Shown here: positions 46,291-56,603 of the stretch, piece by piece
How positions within the stretch are numbered: the stretch's first letter is position 1
Layout: the number at the start of each line of letters is the position of its first letter
NCBI GenBank assembly: GCA_944320265.1
Contig: CALUGT010000015.1
Location: 3,194-67,193 of the forward strand
Source of the DNA: an uncultured Bacteroidales bacterium
GTDB lineage: Bacteria; Bacteroidota; Bacteroidia; Bacteroidales; P3
Reading direction: 5' to 3'
DNA: 64,000 bases
Translations under genes and position numbers: made by a program
Notes under the pieces: model-generated
What the model was told of the DNA's origin: nothing
The model's database searches: none
Seen by the model: the letters and a program-made list of their open reading frames with translations, nothing else

Positions 46291-48339
46291 TTAATACTCC
46301 TCCGGCAGCAAGGCAAACACCTGCGCCGCCCGGTTCATATTGTAAATGCTAAGACCGTCCCCCTGCGTAAAGAAGAACGCCCCTCCCTCCGGCTTCGCCT
46401 GACGGCCGAAACCGCCAAATCCCGCACTGTCCGAATCCAACACCAAACGGTATTTTCCCCGGCGGCGCACCGGCACCACGTAATCCGGCACGCTCCGCGA
46501 AGGATGCCAGTTGAACACGAACACATACCGCCCGCCCACATCGAAAGCCAGCGTCTTGTTCTCTTCATCCAGCAGCAGACAGCAGGCAAACCCCTGCTGC
46601 CGCAAATCCACCTCCTTGGCCAGTTCCAGCATCGCCCGGTCAAAATCGGACAGATAGTGGTACTTCAGCATCGGGTCGTCCCGCAAATGCCACTGGCGGC
46701 GGGCATAACGGTACGACCACCCGTTCTCCTGCCGCGGGAAATCTATCCATTCCGGATGCCCGAACTCATTGCCCATGAAGTTCAGGTACCCGCCTCCTTC
46801 CGCCCCCACGAACAACGTGAACAATCGTATCATCTTGTGCAAGGCCATCCCACGGTCCACCACCGCGCTCGGGCAAAGCACCGACATATTCGTGTACATC
46901 TCCGCCCCCATCAGGCGGAAAGCCAGCGTCTGGTCCCCCACCAAAGCCTGGTCGTGGCTCTCCGCATAAGCAATCTGCGGCACGGCAGCCAAACGGTCGT
47001 TCACCGTGGACCAAAGCTCGGCCATCACCCAATCCTCATCCTTGCGCTCCTTGAGCAGCTTGATCCAATAATCCGGAATGCCCATCGCCAGACGGTAATC
47101 GAAACCGATGCCGCCCGAAGCCGTCGAAGCCGTCATCCCCGGCATCCCGCTCACCTCCTCGGCAATGCTCAGATGCACACCCGGCCGCACCGCCGCCACC
47201 AAATCATTAGCCAAAGACAGATATATCAGCGCATTGCAGTCAACCTTATCCCCAAAGTAATTCTGGTAGGAACCGAAATAGTCCACATAACCCCGATGGA
47301 AATAAATCATGGCCGTCACCCCGTCGAAACGGAAACCATCAAAATGGAATTCCTCCATCCAGTAACGCAGGTTCGACAACAGGAAACGCCGCACCTCGTC
47401 GCGCGAGAAATTGAACATCCGCGACCCCCAGCAAGGATGAGTCCCCGCCTCGCCCCCGTAACTGTACAAGTCATCGCTCCCGTCCAGACGGTTCAAGCCC
47501 TCGTTCTCGTTCTCCACAAAATGCGCATGCACCACGTCCATCACCACGCTGATGCCCATCCGGTGCGCCTCCCGTATCAAAGCCTTCAAGTCGTCGGGCG
47601 TGCCGAAGCGGGACGAAGGCGCAAAGAAATTCGACACATGGTAGCCGAAACTGCCGTAATACGGATGCTCGGCAATCCCCATCAGCTGCAATACATCATA
47701 CCCTGCTTTCTTAATCCGGGGCAAGACATTGGCGGTAAATTCAGCATACGTCCCCACACCTTCCTTTTCCTGCGCCATCCCCACATGCGCCTCGTAAATC
47801 AAAGGAGTCTGCTTGGAAAAATCCGGAGCCTTGAACGCCGCTTCGGCATCGCCCCAACAGAAAGCCTCCTCCGGTCCCGGCATCCAGACCTCAGCCTGGA
47901 AATCCTTGCTCTCCGGATCCTGCACTGCATAAAAAGTATAAGCCGGCATCCGCATGGCCCATCTGCCGTTGCAATCGTGAACATACATCTTGTACCTTGC
48001 GCGATGCCCAAGCCCCGGCACGTCCTTGGCCTTCATCCGGATTTCCCAGACCCCGTCCTCTATCCGATGCAAGGCATGGGAAGTCAGATCCCAAGCGTTG
48101 AAATCCCCAATCAGGAACACATGGCGGGCATGAGGCAGCCATTCGCGGAACACCCATTCGTCCGTGCCCGCTTCATAATGCAGGCCAAAGTATTGGTAGG
48201 CGGAAGCAAAATCATAGAGACTACCCCACCCCTGCTCGATCCAGGAACGGGTACGGAGATAATCCTCGTGGCGGCGTTCAATTTTCTCAGCCACCGGCCA
48301 TAACCAGGAATCGTTTTCCACCAATGGCAGCATAAACAA
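46291..48339 (-). CDS. glgB: 1,4-alpha-glucan branching enzyme (GH13)
   Basis: 682 aa with the N-terminal CBM48-like region FREWLPHARHVFLIGDFNAWD and GH13 regions DVVHAHF, GFRFDGVTAM, IAEEVSG and YAESHDQALVGD. Confidence 0.85.
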   Translation of the reverse strand: MFMLPLVENDSWLWPVAEKIERRHEDYLRTRSWIEQGWGSLYDFASAYQYFGLHYEAGTDEWVFREWLPHARHVFLIGDFNAWDLTSHALHRIEDGVWEIRMKAKDVPGLGHRARYKMYVHDCNGRWAMRMPAYTFYAVQDPESKDFQAEVWMPGPEEAFCWGDAEAAFKAPDFSKQTPLIYEAHVGMAQEKEGVGTYAEFTANVLPRIKKAGYDVLQLMGIAEHPYYGSFGYHVSNFFAPSSRFGTPDDLKALIREAHRMGISVVMDVVHAHFVENENEGLNRLDGSDDLYSYGGEAGTHPCWGSRMFNFSRDEVRRFLLSNLRYWMEEFHFDGFRFDGVTAMIYFHRGYVDYFGSYQNYFGDKVDCNALIYLSLANDLVAAVRPGVHLSIAEEVSGMPGMTASTASGGIGFDYRLAMGIPDYWIKLLKERKDEDWVMAELWSTVNDRLAAVPQIAYAESHDQALVGDQTLAFRLMGAEMYTNMSVLCPSAVVDRGMALHKMIRLFTLFVGAEGGGYLNFMGNEFGHPEWIDFPRQENGWSYRYARRQWHLRDDPMLKYHYLSDFDRAMLELAKEVDLRQQGFACCLLLDEENKTLAFDVGGRYVFVFNWHPSRSVPDYVVPVRRRGKYRLVLDSDSAGFGGFGRQAKPEGGAFFFTQGDGLSIYNMNRAAQVFALLPEEY

Positions 48340-48346
48340 ACTATTT

Positions 48347-48562
48347 AGAAGCTGTTTAAGAAGCTGTTTAAAATTTTTTACAATCCTGAAAAGAATGGAT
48401 TTTCAAGGGGCGGTTTCAGGATTTTGTTTGCCCATCGGGGGCTATTTCGGGGCTTGGTTGAGCAATGCTCGATGATAGCTCGGCTATCCTCCTTTGAAAA
48501 ACGCCGCGCCATCCCTCCAAATCCCCTCCCGATGACCCAAAAAATAAATTTAAACAGCTTCT
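48347..48562. mobile_element. R2 MITE-like repeat, copy 2 (uninterrupted)
   Basis: The left end agaagctgtttaa is duplicated in tandem (48347-48372). The right end is tttaaacagcttct (48549-48562). The interior (ggattttca.gg..cgg..tcaggattttgtttgccc.tcgggggct...ctcgatgatagct...ggctatcctcctttg...aaatcccctcccgatga) matches copy 1. Confidence 0.6.
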
Positions 48563-48803
48563 TATTCAGCGCGTATCCTATGAATCACATCCGGGAATCT
48601 TCCTCAAGGCAAAATATTTCTTCGCCCGTCCCCTGCCAAAGTCCGCCCGCTTTCAAAGCATATCCCTCCCCAAGACGGGAAACGAGGGAGCATCGGGCAA
48701 AAGGCAAGGCCAGCAAAGGCAAGAGAAACCGAGCGCACCAAACGCGCACCCAGGCACTTTCAATCCCCTTGAGCGACCGCATACTGCCCGATCCGACATC
48801 CGG

Positions 48804-50591
48804 TCAATCCAACTTCAGAACCGCCAGGAACGCCGACTGCGGCACCTGCACGCTCCCCACCTGCCGCATCCGCTTCTTCCCCTCCTTCTGCTTCTCCAAC
48901 AGCTTCCGCTTACGGGTGATATCCCCGCCGTAGCACTTGGCCGTCACATCCTTGCGCACTGCCTTTATCGTCTCGCGGGCGATAATCTTGGACCCGATGG
49001 CAGCCTGGATAGCTATATCAAACTGCTGGCGCGGAATCAATTCCTTGAGCTTCTCGCACATGCGCCGCCCGAAAGCATAAGCGTTGTCCTGGTAAATCAG
49101 CGTGGAAAGCGCATCCACCGTGTCCCCGTTCAACAGGATTTCCAACTTGACCAGCTTGGACACCTGGTAGCCGCAAGGATAATAGTCAAAGGAAGCATAA
49201 CCCTTTGATATGCTTTTCAATCTATCGTAAAAATCGAACACGATTTCCGAGAGCGGCATCTCGAACGTGAGTTCGGTACGGTCGGTAGTGATATAAATCT
49301 GGTTCTTCAAAATGCCCCGCTTGTCGATGCAGAGCTTCATGATCGGACCCACGAAATCAGCCTTGGTGATAATCTGCGCCCGGATATAAGGCTCGTCGAT
49401 ATGATCCACGTAATTAGGTGCCGGAAGTCCTGAAGGATTGTGAATCTCCAGCACCTCTCCCTTGGTGGTGGTCACTTTGTAGGAAACATTAGGGACGGTG
49501 GTAATCACATCCATATTGAACTCCCGTTCCAAGCGTTCCTGGATGATTTCCATATGGAGCAATCCCAAGAAGCCGCAACGGAAGCCGAAGCCCAAAGCTA
49601 TCGAAGATTCCGGCTCGTAGGTCAGCGAAGCATCGTTGAGCTGGAGTTTCTCGATCGAAGCCCTCAAGTCCTCGTAATCGTCGGGCGTTACCGGATAGAC
49701 CCCGGCGAACACCATAGGCTTCACGTTCTCGAAACCCTCTATCGCCTTGTCACACGGCTCGTTCACATGGGTAATCGTATCGCCCACCTTCACCTCCACC
49801 GAAGTCTTGATGCCCGAAATGATATAGCCCACATTCCCTGCCGAAAGTTCCGGGCAAGGTTCCTGCTTGTAGCCCAGCACGCCGATCTCCTCGGCATCGT
49901 ACTCCTTGCCAGTATGGAAGAACTTCACCTTGTCGCCCTTGCGCAGCGTCCCGTTGACGATCCGGAAATAGGAGATGATGCCCCGGAAGGAATTGAAAAC
50001 CGAGTCGAAAATCAAGGCTTGCAAAGGAGCATCCGGGTCGCCTTCAGGTGCGGGAATCCTCTCCACGATGGCATGGAGCAGTTCCGGCACGCCCGCCCCG
50101 GTCTTGCCGCTGACGGCCAGGATTTCCTCGCGCTTGCAGCCCAGAAGATCCACAATCTGATCCTTGACCTCCTCCGGCATCGCATTGGCCAGATCCATCT
50201 TGTTCAGCACCGGGATAATCGTCAGGTCGTGTTCCATGGCCAGGTACATGTTCGAAATGGTCTGCGCCTGGATACCTTGCGTGGCATCCACCACCAGAAT
50301 CGCGCCCTCGCAGGCGGCAATGGAGCGGGAGACCTCGTAGGAAAAGTCCACGTGGCCCGGGGTATCGATAAGGTTGAGGATGTATTCCTGCCCTTGCTCC
50401 TTGTATTTCATCTGGATGGCGTGGCTTTTGATCGTGATGCCGCGCTCGCGTTCCAGATCCATATCGTCCAAGACCTGCGCCTGCAGCTCCCGCTGGGGAA
50501 CGGTATTGGTGATTTCCAACAGGCGGTCCGCCAAGGTACTCTTCCCATGGTCGATATGGGCAATAATGCAAAAATTCCGTATATTCTTCAT
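48804..50591 (-). CDS. lepA: Translation elongation factor 4 (LepA)
   Basis: From the Met at 50591 the sequence reads [25 protein letters not shown], followed by [11 protein letters not shown] and [11 protein letters not shown]. The LepA-specific C-terminus is [15 protein letters not shown]. Confidence 0.95.
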   Translation of the reverse strand: MKNIRNFCIIAHIDHGKSTLADRLLEITNTVPQRELQAQVLDDMDLERERGITIKSHAIQMKYKEQGQEYILNLIDTPGHVDFSYEVSRSIAACEGAILVVDATQGIQAQTISNMYLAMEHDLTIIPVLNKMDLANAMPEEVKDQIVDLLGCKREEILAVSGKTGAGVPELLHAIVERIPAPEGDPDAPLQALIFDSVFNSFRGIISYFRIVNGTLRKGDKVKFFHTGKEYDAEEIGVLGYKQEPCPELSAGNVGYIISGIKTSVEVKVGDTITHVNEPCDKAIEGFENVKPMVFAGVYPVTPDDYEDLRASIEKLQLNDASLTYEPESSIALGFGFRCGFLGLLHMEIIQERLEREFNMDVITTVPNVSYKVTTTKGEVLEIHNPSGLPAPNYVDHIDEPYIRAQIITKADFVGPIMKLCIDKRGILKNQIYITTDRTELTFEMPLSEIVFDFYDRLKSISKGYASFDYYPCGYQVSKLVKLEILLNGDTVDALSTLIYQDNAYAFGRRMCEKLKELIPRQQFDIAIQAAIGSKIIARETIKAVRKDVTAKCYGGDITRKRKLLEKQKEGKKRMRQVGSVQVPQSAFLAVLKLD

Positions 50592-50760
50592 TGTCTGTAT
50601 TTCATCAAGCCTTCCAAACCATTTGCCAAGAAGTTGGAACTCACCATCGAAACGGGGGAATACCTGCCGGAAAAGCCATGCAATCCGAGGCAAAACGGCT
50701 TAAACTGGCAAAGATAGTGAAAGGTTCGGTAATGGCAACAAACTTGTTTGATTGCCATTA

Positions 50761-50951
50761 CCGAGGCGCATCCTATCTTCGGCGATAGCCAAAGATAGCG
50801 AAAGCCGAGCGCAGAAGCAAAGCTGGCTTTGATTATGCCGAGGCGCATCCTATCTTCGGCGACAGCCAAAGATAGCGAAAGCCGAGCGCAGAAGCAAAGC
50901 TGGCTTTGATTATGCCGAGGCGCATCCTATCTTCGGCGATAGCCAAAGATA
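50761..50951. repeat. 77-bp tandem repeat, about 2.5 copies
   Basis: The unit ccgaggcgcatcctatcttcggcga.agccaaagatagcgaaagccgagcgcagaagcaaagctggctttgattatg starts at 50761, 50838 and 50915. Copies differ at one position by eye. Each unit holds an inverted repeat ctatcttcgg/ccaaagatag and a palindrome caaagctggctttg. Confidence 0.85.
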
Positions 50952-51271
50952 CAACAATTACCCCACACCTCGCAGTTCCGGCCATTTAGAGAAAGTAACA
51001 TTTTTGTTACTTGCCTTTGCAGGCACGGGCAAACAAAGTCCCGTGCGTCAGAACCGCAAATCCGCCCCGGCATCGCCGCCGATTCGACGCAAGCAAAACA
51101 CCCCGTGCATCATGGCAACAAGAGACAAACGCCCACCACCGAAACTCCTTTCAGCTTCGGGAAAACAGCCCAGGAAATTCTTTCTAACCCAAGAAAATGT
51201 GTATATTCGCAGACATAATAATCTTGAATACGTGAAATATTAATTAGACAATAAAGGTGAATAGGTGAATT

Positions 51272-52642
51272 ATGAAAAGAAAGATATATGATAAACTGTT
51301 GGAATGGAAGAAGAACCATAAGGGTGATACTGCCCTTTTGATAGAAGGAGCCAGGCGTATAGGGAAAAGTTATATCGTGGAAGAATTTGCACGCAAAGAA
51401 TACGAGTCTTACATTCTGGTGGACTTCAGCAAGGTAAATCCTCAGGTAATGGAGTTTTTCAACCTTTATCTGGATGACCTCGATATGCTTTTCATGAATC
51501 TGGAACTTTACTTCAGGCGGAAACTTACTCCACGCCAGACGAAAGGCGAGGAAGCCCGTTCCTTGGTCATATTCGACGAAGTACAGTTCTGCCCCCGTGC
51601 CCGTGCAGCCATCAAGCACTTGGTTGCAGACAGGCGTTATGACTATATTGAGACTGGCTCGCTTATTTCCATTAAGAAGAATGTCAAGGACATCATGTTG
51701 CCATCCGAAGAACATGCCATTGAAATGTTTCCGATGGACTTTGAGGAATTCCTGTGGGCAATGGGCGATGAAATGCTGATGCCTTACATCCGGATGCGGT
51801 TTGACAAACGTCTTCCGATGGAGGCTTTCCACCGCCGGGCAATGGACTATTTCCGGCAATATCTGATTGTCGGAGGAATGCCACAGGCTGTACAGAAATA
51901 TGTGGAAACGCGGGATTTTGAAAAGGTGGATGAGGTGAAGCGCGATATATTGGCTCTTTACCGCAATGACATTCACAAATATGCGGACAATCAGGAAACG
52001 AAAGTTGCCGCTATCTTTGAGGAGATTCCGGGGCAATTGCAGAAACACGAAAAGAAGTTTGTCTTATCCGCATTGCAGAGTGAAGCCCGTATGCGTGATT
52101 ATTCGCAGGCTTTCTTTTGGCTGAGTGACGCTAAAATAATTAACTGTTGTTATAATTCGACCGAACCGAGTATCGGCCTGAAACTGAATGAAGAACGTAC
52201 AACGCTGAAATGTTATATGGGTGATACCGGGCTGCTCATCAGCCACGCCTTTGACGAACGTGGAATCGTAAGTGCGGACCTTTATCGTAAACTGATATTT
52301 GACAAGCTGGAAGTAAACGAAGGTATGTTGGTGGAGAACATCGTGGCGCAAATGCTTCGGGCGGCAGGACACAAACTCTACTTTTTCAGCAACAGTTCCC
52401 GGACATCAGCCGAAGACCGTATGGAAATTGATTTCCTGATAGCCAAACCTATAACGACCAGCAGGCATAACATTTCACCTATTAAGGTAAAATCCGGACA
52501 GCGCTACACACTGAACTCGTTGAGGAAGTGTATCGCCAAATACGGCTCCCAGTTATCCACGCCCTACGTGCTTCACGATAAGGATATGAAAATAGAAGAT
52601 GGGATTGTGTATATGCCTTTATATATGACACCATTGCTTTGA
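51272..52642 (+). CDS. AAA+ ATPase with DUF4143-type C-terminal domain
   Basis: 456 aa. MKRKIYDKLLEWKK...ALLIEGARRIGKSYIV (P-loop-like), VIFDEVQ (Walker B) and a C-terminal region IDFLI..., typical of the AAA_14/DUF4143 family. Confidence 0.8.
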   Translation: MKRKIYDKLLEWKKNHKGDTALLIEGARRIGKSYIVEEFARKEYESYILVDFSKVNPQVMEFFNLYLDDLDMLFMNLELYFRRKLTPRQTKGEEARSLVIFDEVQFCPRARAAIKHLVADRRYDYIETGSLISIKKNVKDIMLPSEEHAIEMFPMDFEEFLWAMGDEMLMPYIRMRFDKRLPMEAFHRRAMDYFRQYLIVGGMPQAVQKYVETRDFEKVDEVKRDILALYRNDIHKYADNQETKVAAIFEEIPGQLQKHEKKFVLSALQSEARMRDYSQAFFWLSDAKIINCCYNSTEPSIGLKLNEERTTLKCYMGDTGLLISHAFDERGIVSADLYRKLIFDKLEVNEGMLVENIVAQMLRAAGHKLYFFSNSSRTSAEDRMEIDFLIAKPITTSRHNISPIKVKSGQRYTLNSLRKCIAKYGSQLSTPYVLHDKDMKIEDGIVYMPLYMTPLL

Positions 52643-52647
52643 ATGAT

Positions 52648-53049
52648 ATGGGAAAGCAGACTACATACCAAGAACTGTTGGCTGCATACAACAGGCTTCT
52701 TATGGAGAATGGGTTTCTTCATAAGGAGGTAGATAGGCTACAGGCATTACTAAATAGCAAGGATATTCATATGACACAGCCCATCACGAAGCAACATTTG
52801 TCTTTGGAAGAAAAAGTAAGTGTATTCCGTAATCTGTTCAAGGGACGCGAGGATGTGTTTGCACGGAGATGGTACAGTAGGACAAGCGGAAAATCAGGTT
52901 ACCAGCCAGTGTGCCGGTTGTGTGCCATCGCACCATCCGGCATGCACATAGAATCCTACAAGGGGGCATATGACATCCTCCCTAAAAATGAGGCCTCTGC
53001 AAACCGCCTCCACAGTCCGAGCAGGAGAATCCTGCTCACTGATGATTAA
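52648..53049 (+). pseudogene. N-terminal remnant of a large primase(AEP)-helicase type conflict-system gene
   Basis: A coiled-coil leader is followed by LSLEEKVSVFRNLFKGREDVFARRWYSRTSGKSGYQPVC. This matches the N-terminal signature I recall for roughly 1000-aa Bacteroidales proteins annotated as DEAD/DEAH helicase or TOTE conflict system AEP-domain proteins. The ORF stops about 45 aa later with no primase or helicase body. Confidence 0.45.
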
Positions 53050-53234
53050 TATTATTTGTCTTACCTTTAGCCGAGATGCTGACTTTTGCAGAGGTCTCAA
53101 AATATGAGTATCACTAAAATGAAAGAGAGATGAAAACGAAACCGTGGTGCAAATTCATGCTTGCCTGCTTGCTTTTTTCCACCATGTCTGAAAGCATGGC
53201 GCAAGGCCTCTTGTCGGGAGGGAACAGCCTTAAA

Positions 53235-53427
53235 CCCAAATCGGTCATTAGACTTTGGGGAGATTGCCCGCTTGTGTCATGCAGCATGCTTCTCGCCTAG
53301 CCGAAGGCGTAGCGGGCTACGTCGAGGCGTAGCGAGAAACAGGATGCGGACAGAGGCGGGCAAGATGCCCGAAAGCCTCATTTTCCTAACCGAAAACAGC
53401 CCCGGCGTGTCTAATGACCGATTTGGG
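53235..53427 (+). mobile_element. MITE-1 copy e (193 bp)
   Basis: By eye it is identical to copy a. The left flank is TTAAA (53230-53234) and the right flank is TTTAC (imperfect duplication). It lies inside the C25-family gene. Confidence 0.85.
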
Positions 53428-54375
53428 TTTACCCGGCCATTGGAAAAACACCGAGGCCAAGCCCTGTTTTTCCGCTCTCCCGAAGCCATCGGGAAAAACA
53501 GCCGCTTTGAAATAAGCGGGAACACAGACAACCTCCGGGTCTGGGACATCAGCCAAGCCGAACAAGTGACCAACCAAACAATAAAAGAAGAAAACGGACT
53601 TGCCGCTTTTGCCATCCCGGCTTCGGGCAGCCTGCGGCAATTCGTGGCCTTTGCCCCGGAAGATGCCCGACGCCCGCTGTTCACCGGCTTGCAGAAGCCT
53701 CAGGACTTAGCATCTGTCAAGGATGCGGAATACCTCGTCGTGACCCATCCTCTCTTCAAGGCGCAGGCCGAAGCCTTGGCCGCCTGGCATCGGCAGCAGG
53801 ACGGCTATTCCGCCTACGTGGCCACCACCACGGAGGTTTACAACGAGTTTTCTTCCGGCGTGCAAGACCCCTCGGCCATCCGGCTCTTTGCCAAAAGCGT
53901 TTACGACCAATCCGCTTCAAAAAAGCCCCGTTACCTACTGCTGTTCGGCGCAGTCTCCTACGATTACAAGGATATTTACGGCCTTCGCAGCTGCTTCGTC
54001 CCTACCTTTTCGCCCGATGAAGACGCGGCAGAAAGGGAATACCTGCAGTTGTACGAAGATGCCTTCGGCTACCTGGAAAACGGGGAAGGGCTGCTTCCTG
54101 GGACATACGCCCCGTCATACCAAGGAGATATGGACATGGCGGTGGGGCGGATTCCGGTACATACCACAGAAGAAGCCGATGCCATGGTGCGGAAAATACA
54201 AAGGTATTCTGCCCGGCAATATGTGCCAGACGACCCGGCATGGCGGCGGCAAGGGAACTTCGGCCCGTGGAAGAACGATGTGGTCTTCGTAGGCGGGCAG
54301 GAATTCATCAGAGACATGGAAAGATGGATTTCCCAAACCATGGAAGAAGCCGATACCCTGCTGAATATCCATAAA

Positions 54376-54570
54376 CCCAAATCGGTCATTAGACTCGCCG
54401 AGTGTGTTTCCTGTTTTCGAAGAGGGATGCTTTTGTGCATCTTGTTCGCTTCTGTCCGCATCTTGCTCCTCGCTACGCCTCGACGTAGCCCGCTACGCCT
54501 TCGGCTAGGCGAGAAGCATGCTGCATGACATAAGCGGACAATCTACCCAAAGTCTAATGACCGATTTGGG
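54376..54570 (-). mobile_element. MITE-1 copy f (195 bp, subfamily B)
   Basis: It differs from copy c by one base and is flanked by ATAAA (54371-54375 and 54571-54575). It lies inside the C25-family gene. Confidence 0.85.
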
Positions 54571-56603
54571 ATAAAATCTATTCGGGCTTCGACACCCTGC
54601 GGCAGGCCGAGGCTCGGCAGAAAATCACCGCTACCCTGGCAAACGGCTCCTTCTACATCGGCTATATGGGGCATGGCGGCCCGGAGGCCTGGGGCAACAA
54701 CCGCCTTCTGCAAGTGGAAAACATCCTGAATTGGGAGGCCTCCTATGCATACCCTATCCTCTTTTCTTTTGCCTGCAGCTTTGCCACGATGGATAACCCC
54801 TTCCAAATCAGCGGCACGGAAGCAGCGGTATTGCATCCTGACGGGGGCTGCATCGCGGCCGCAGGCGCGACAGGGGAATTTTACATAAAATCCGGAGTAG
54901 AAGGCATGCACAGCCGTTTCTTGCAGCATTTGCTGCAAGCCGGAAGCGGCAATCCCGTCACCATAGGCGATGCATGGCTTGAAGCCAAGCAGGGCAGCAA
55001 AGGCCCCGGTGTCCCTACCTTCGCGCTGATAGGCGACCCCGGCCTGAAAGTACTCCTTCCGGCAAGCCGCATCCGGACATTGGAAGTCAACGGGAAGCCG
55101 GTACAGTCCGAAAGCAGCAGTTACCCGGCTTTCGACACGCTCCGCGCCTTGACCCCGGTCTCCATCCAAGGGAAAATAGACGGCATCCTATCCGACGGCA
55201 TGGCAGACCCGGCTTTCAACGGCACGCTTTTCTACCGCCTTTACGACAAGCTGGACACGCTCTCCGTAGTGGACGGGAAAGCCTACCTCCGCCAAAACGG
55301 AACCTATGTCTGTGACCCCGGTTCCAGGGATACCGTAACCTATGCATCGCAGGAACGGCTTCTGCTATCGGGCAAGACTGAAGTCAAGGACGGGACGTTC
55401 ACGCTCGCTTTCCAAATGCCCCGGCACATCGCCCCGGGCATAGCGTCCGGCAAGCTGAGCTATTACGCCTACGACCCGACGCAAGGCGTGGACGCTTCGG
55501 GCTGCTTCACCAGCTTCATGGTGGGCGGCATTGACACCGATGCCCCGGTGGATTCTTCCGCGCCGCTCATCTATCCCGAAATCGTGTACCGGGACATTTA
55601 TGCGGACGGGGGATATGCCTCCGTCCCGTACCTGCGGGCGGAAATTTCAGACCGCAACGGGCTGAACCTCTCCGGCATCGCCCCCGGAAAAGACTTGAGA
55701 TTGACTATCAACGGGAATGAAAACGAGGCAATAGTCCTCAATGATTATTTCTGTTTTGATGCCGGCACCTCCAGAAGCGGGGTACTGGAGTATCCGCTGC
55801 TTCTGCCAGAAGGCGATTACTGCCTGCGCTTGCAAGTCTGGAACATCTTCGATATGGCAGGCCATGCCCGGACAGACTTCCATAGCAATTTGGGCAACGA
55901 GCCGGGACTCTTGGCCGGAGAAAGAAGCGGGGCAAGCCTGCTGGCGATGCCGAACCCGGCCAAAGACCAAGGCTTCACGGATTTCCTGCTCCGTGGCGTT
56001 TCCCCATGGGACAGAGCCGAACTCCAAGTCTACGACATGACAGGCCGCCTGCTCTGCACCCATGCTTTCTCCCATGCGGAAACCGCACCAGGAAATCAAG
56101 GCTTTGAAAACCTGCGCTGGAACTGGCCATCCTCCGGCTTCCGTTCCGGACTTTATGTCTGCCGCCTCGTGCTGCATCATCCCGAAGGCCAAACCACTAC
56201 AAACCTTACTACCAAACTGCTGAAAATATGAAGCACAATGCTGCTTCTGTACGCGTCCTTCGTTTCCACATCAAAACCGGCACCTATGTCCATCCGGTAC
56301 GGCTGCTGCTTCCAAAAGTCCTGTGTTTTCCACGAACCCGTCCTCGCCGATGCTGTATCCCGTAAAGAAGCCTGCATGGCAGCCGACTCCTATGAAAGTT
56401 GCATTTACTACTTGAACTTGTCATGGCCTATACGATTATCGCCCCGAAGCCCGAATGCACTTACATGAACTTGCAAGGCATTTTCGACTCCGGGGCGACA
56501 TTAATACGAACCCAAAAGCCCCTTTCCGCATGAACCGCACCGACAGGTCATACCCTAACGGCAACGATTTAGCATATCAGAAACTTCTCAACCATATCAG
56601 ATC

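Larger units (their letters stand above)
53130..56231 (+). pseudogene. Peptidase C25 family (gingipain/PorU-like) T9SS protein, disrupted by two MITE-1 insertions
   Basis: The signal peptide ORF MKTKPWCKFMLACLLFSTMSESMAQG starts at 53130 and runs into MITE e, where it hits TAG. The body in another frame contains LVVTHPLFKAQAEALAAWHRQQDGYSAYVATTTEVYNEFSSGVQDPSAIRLFAKSVY, then YIGYMGHGGPEAWG and LIGDPGLKVLLP (C25 catalytic His and Cys-region contexts), and a C-terminal T9SS CTD (LQVYDMTGRLL...GLYVCRLVL). MITE f introduces a stop. Confidence 0.7.

Noticed and set aside
46093-48303. 736-aa plus-strand ORF opposite glgB
   Set aside because: It is a shadow ORF antisense to a GH13 branching enzyme with all catalytic regions. 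The translation is His/Arg/Pro-rich low-complexity sequence.
50761-50951. Possible CRISPR array
   Set aside because: The 77-bp units are directly tandem with no unique spacers between them, and no cas genes are in the window.
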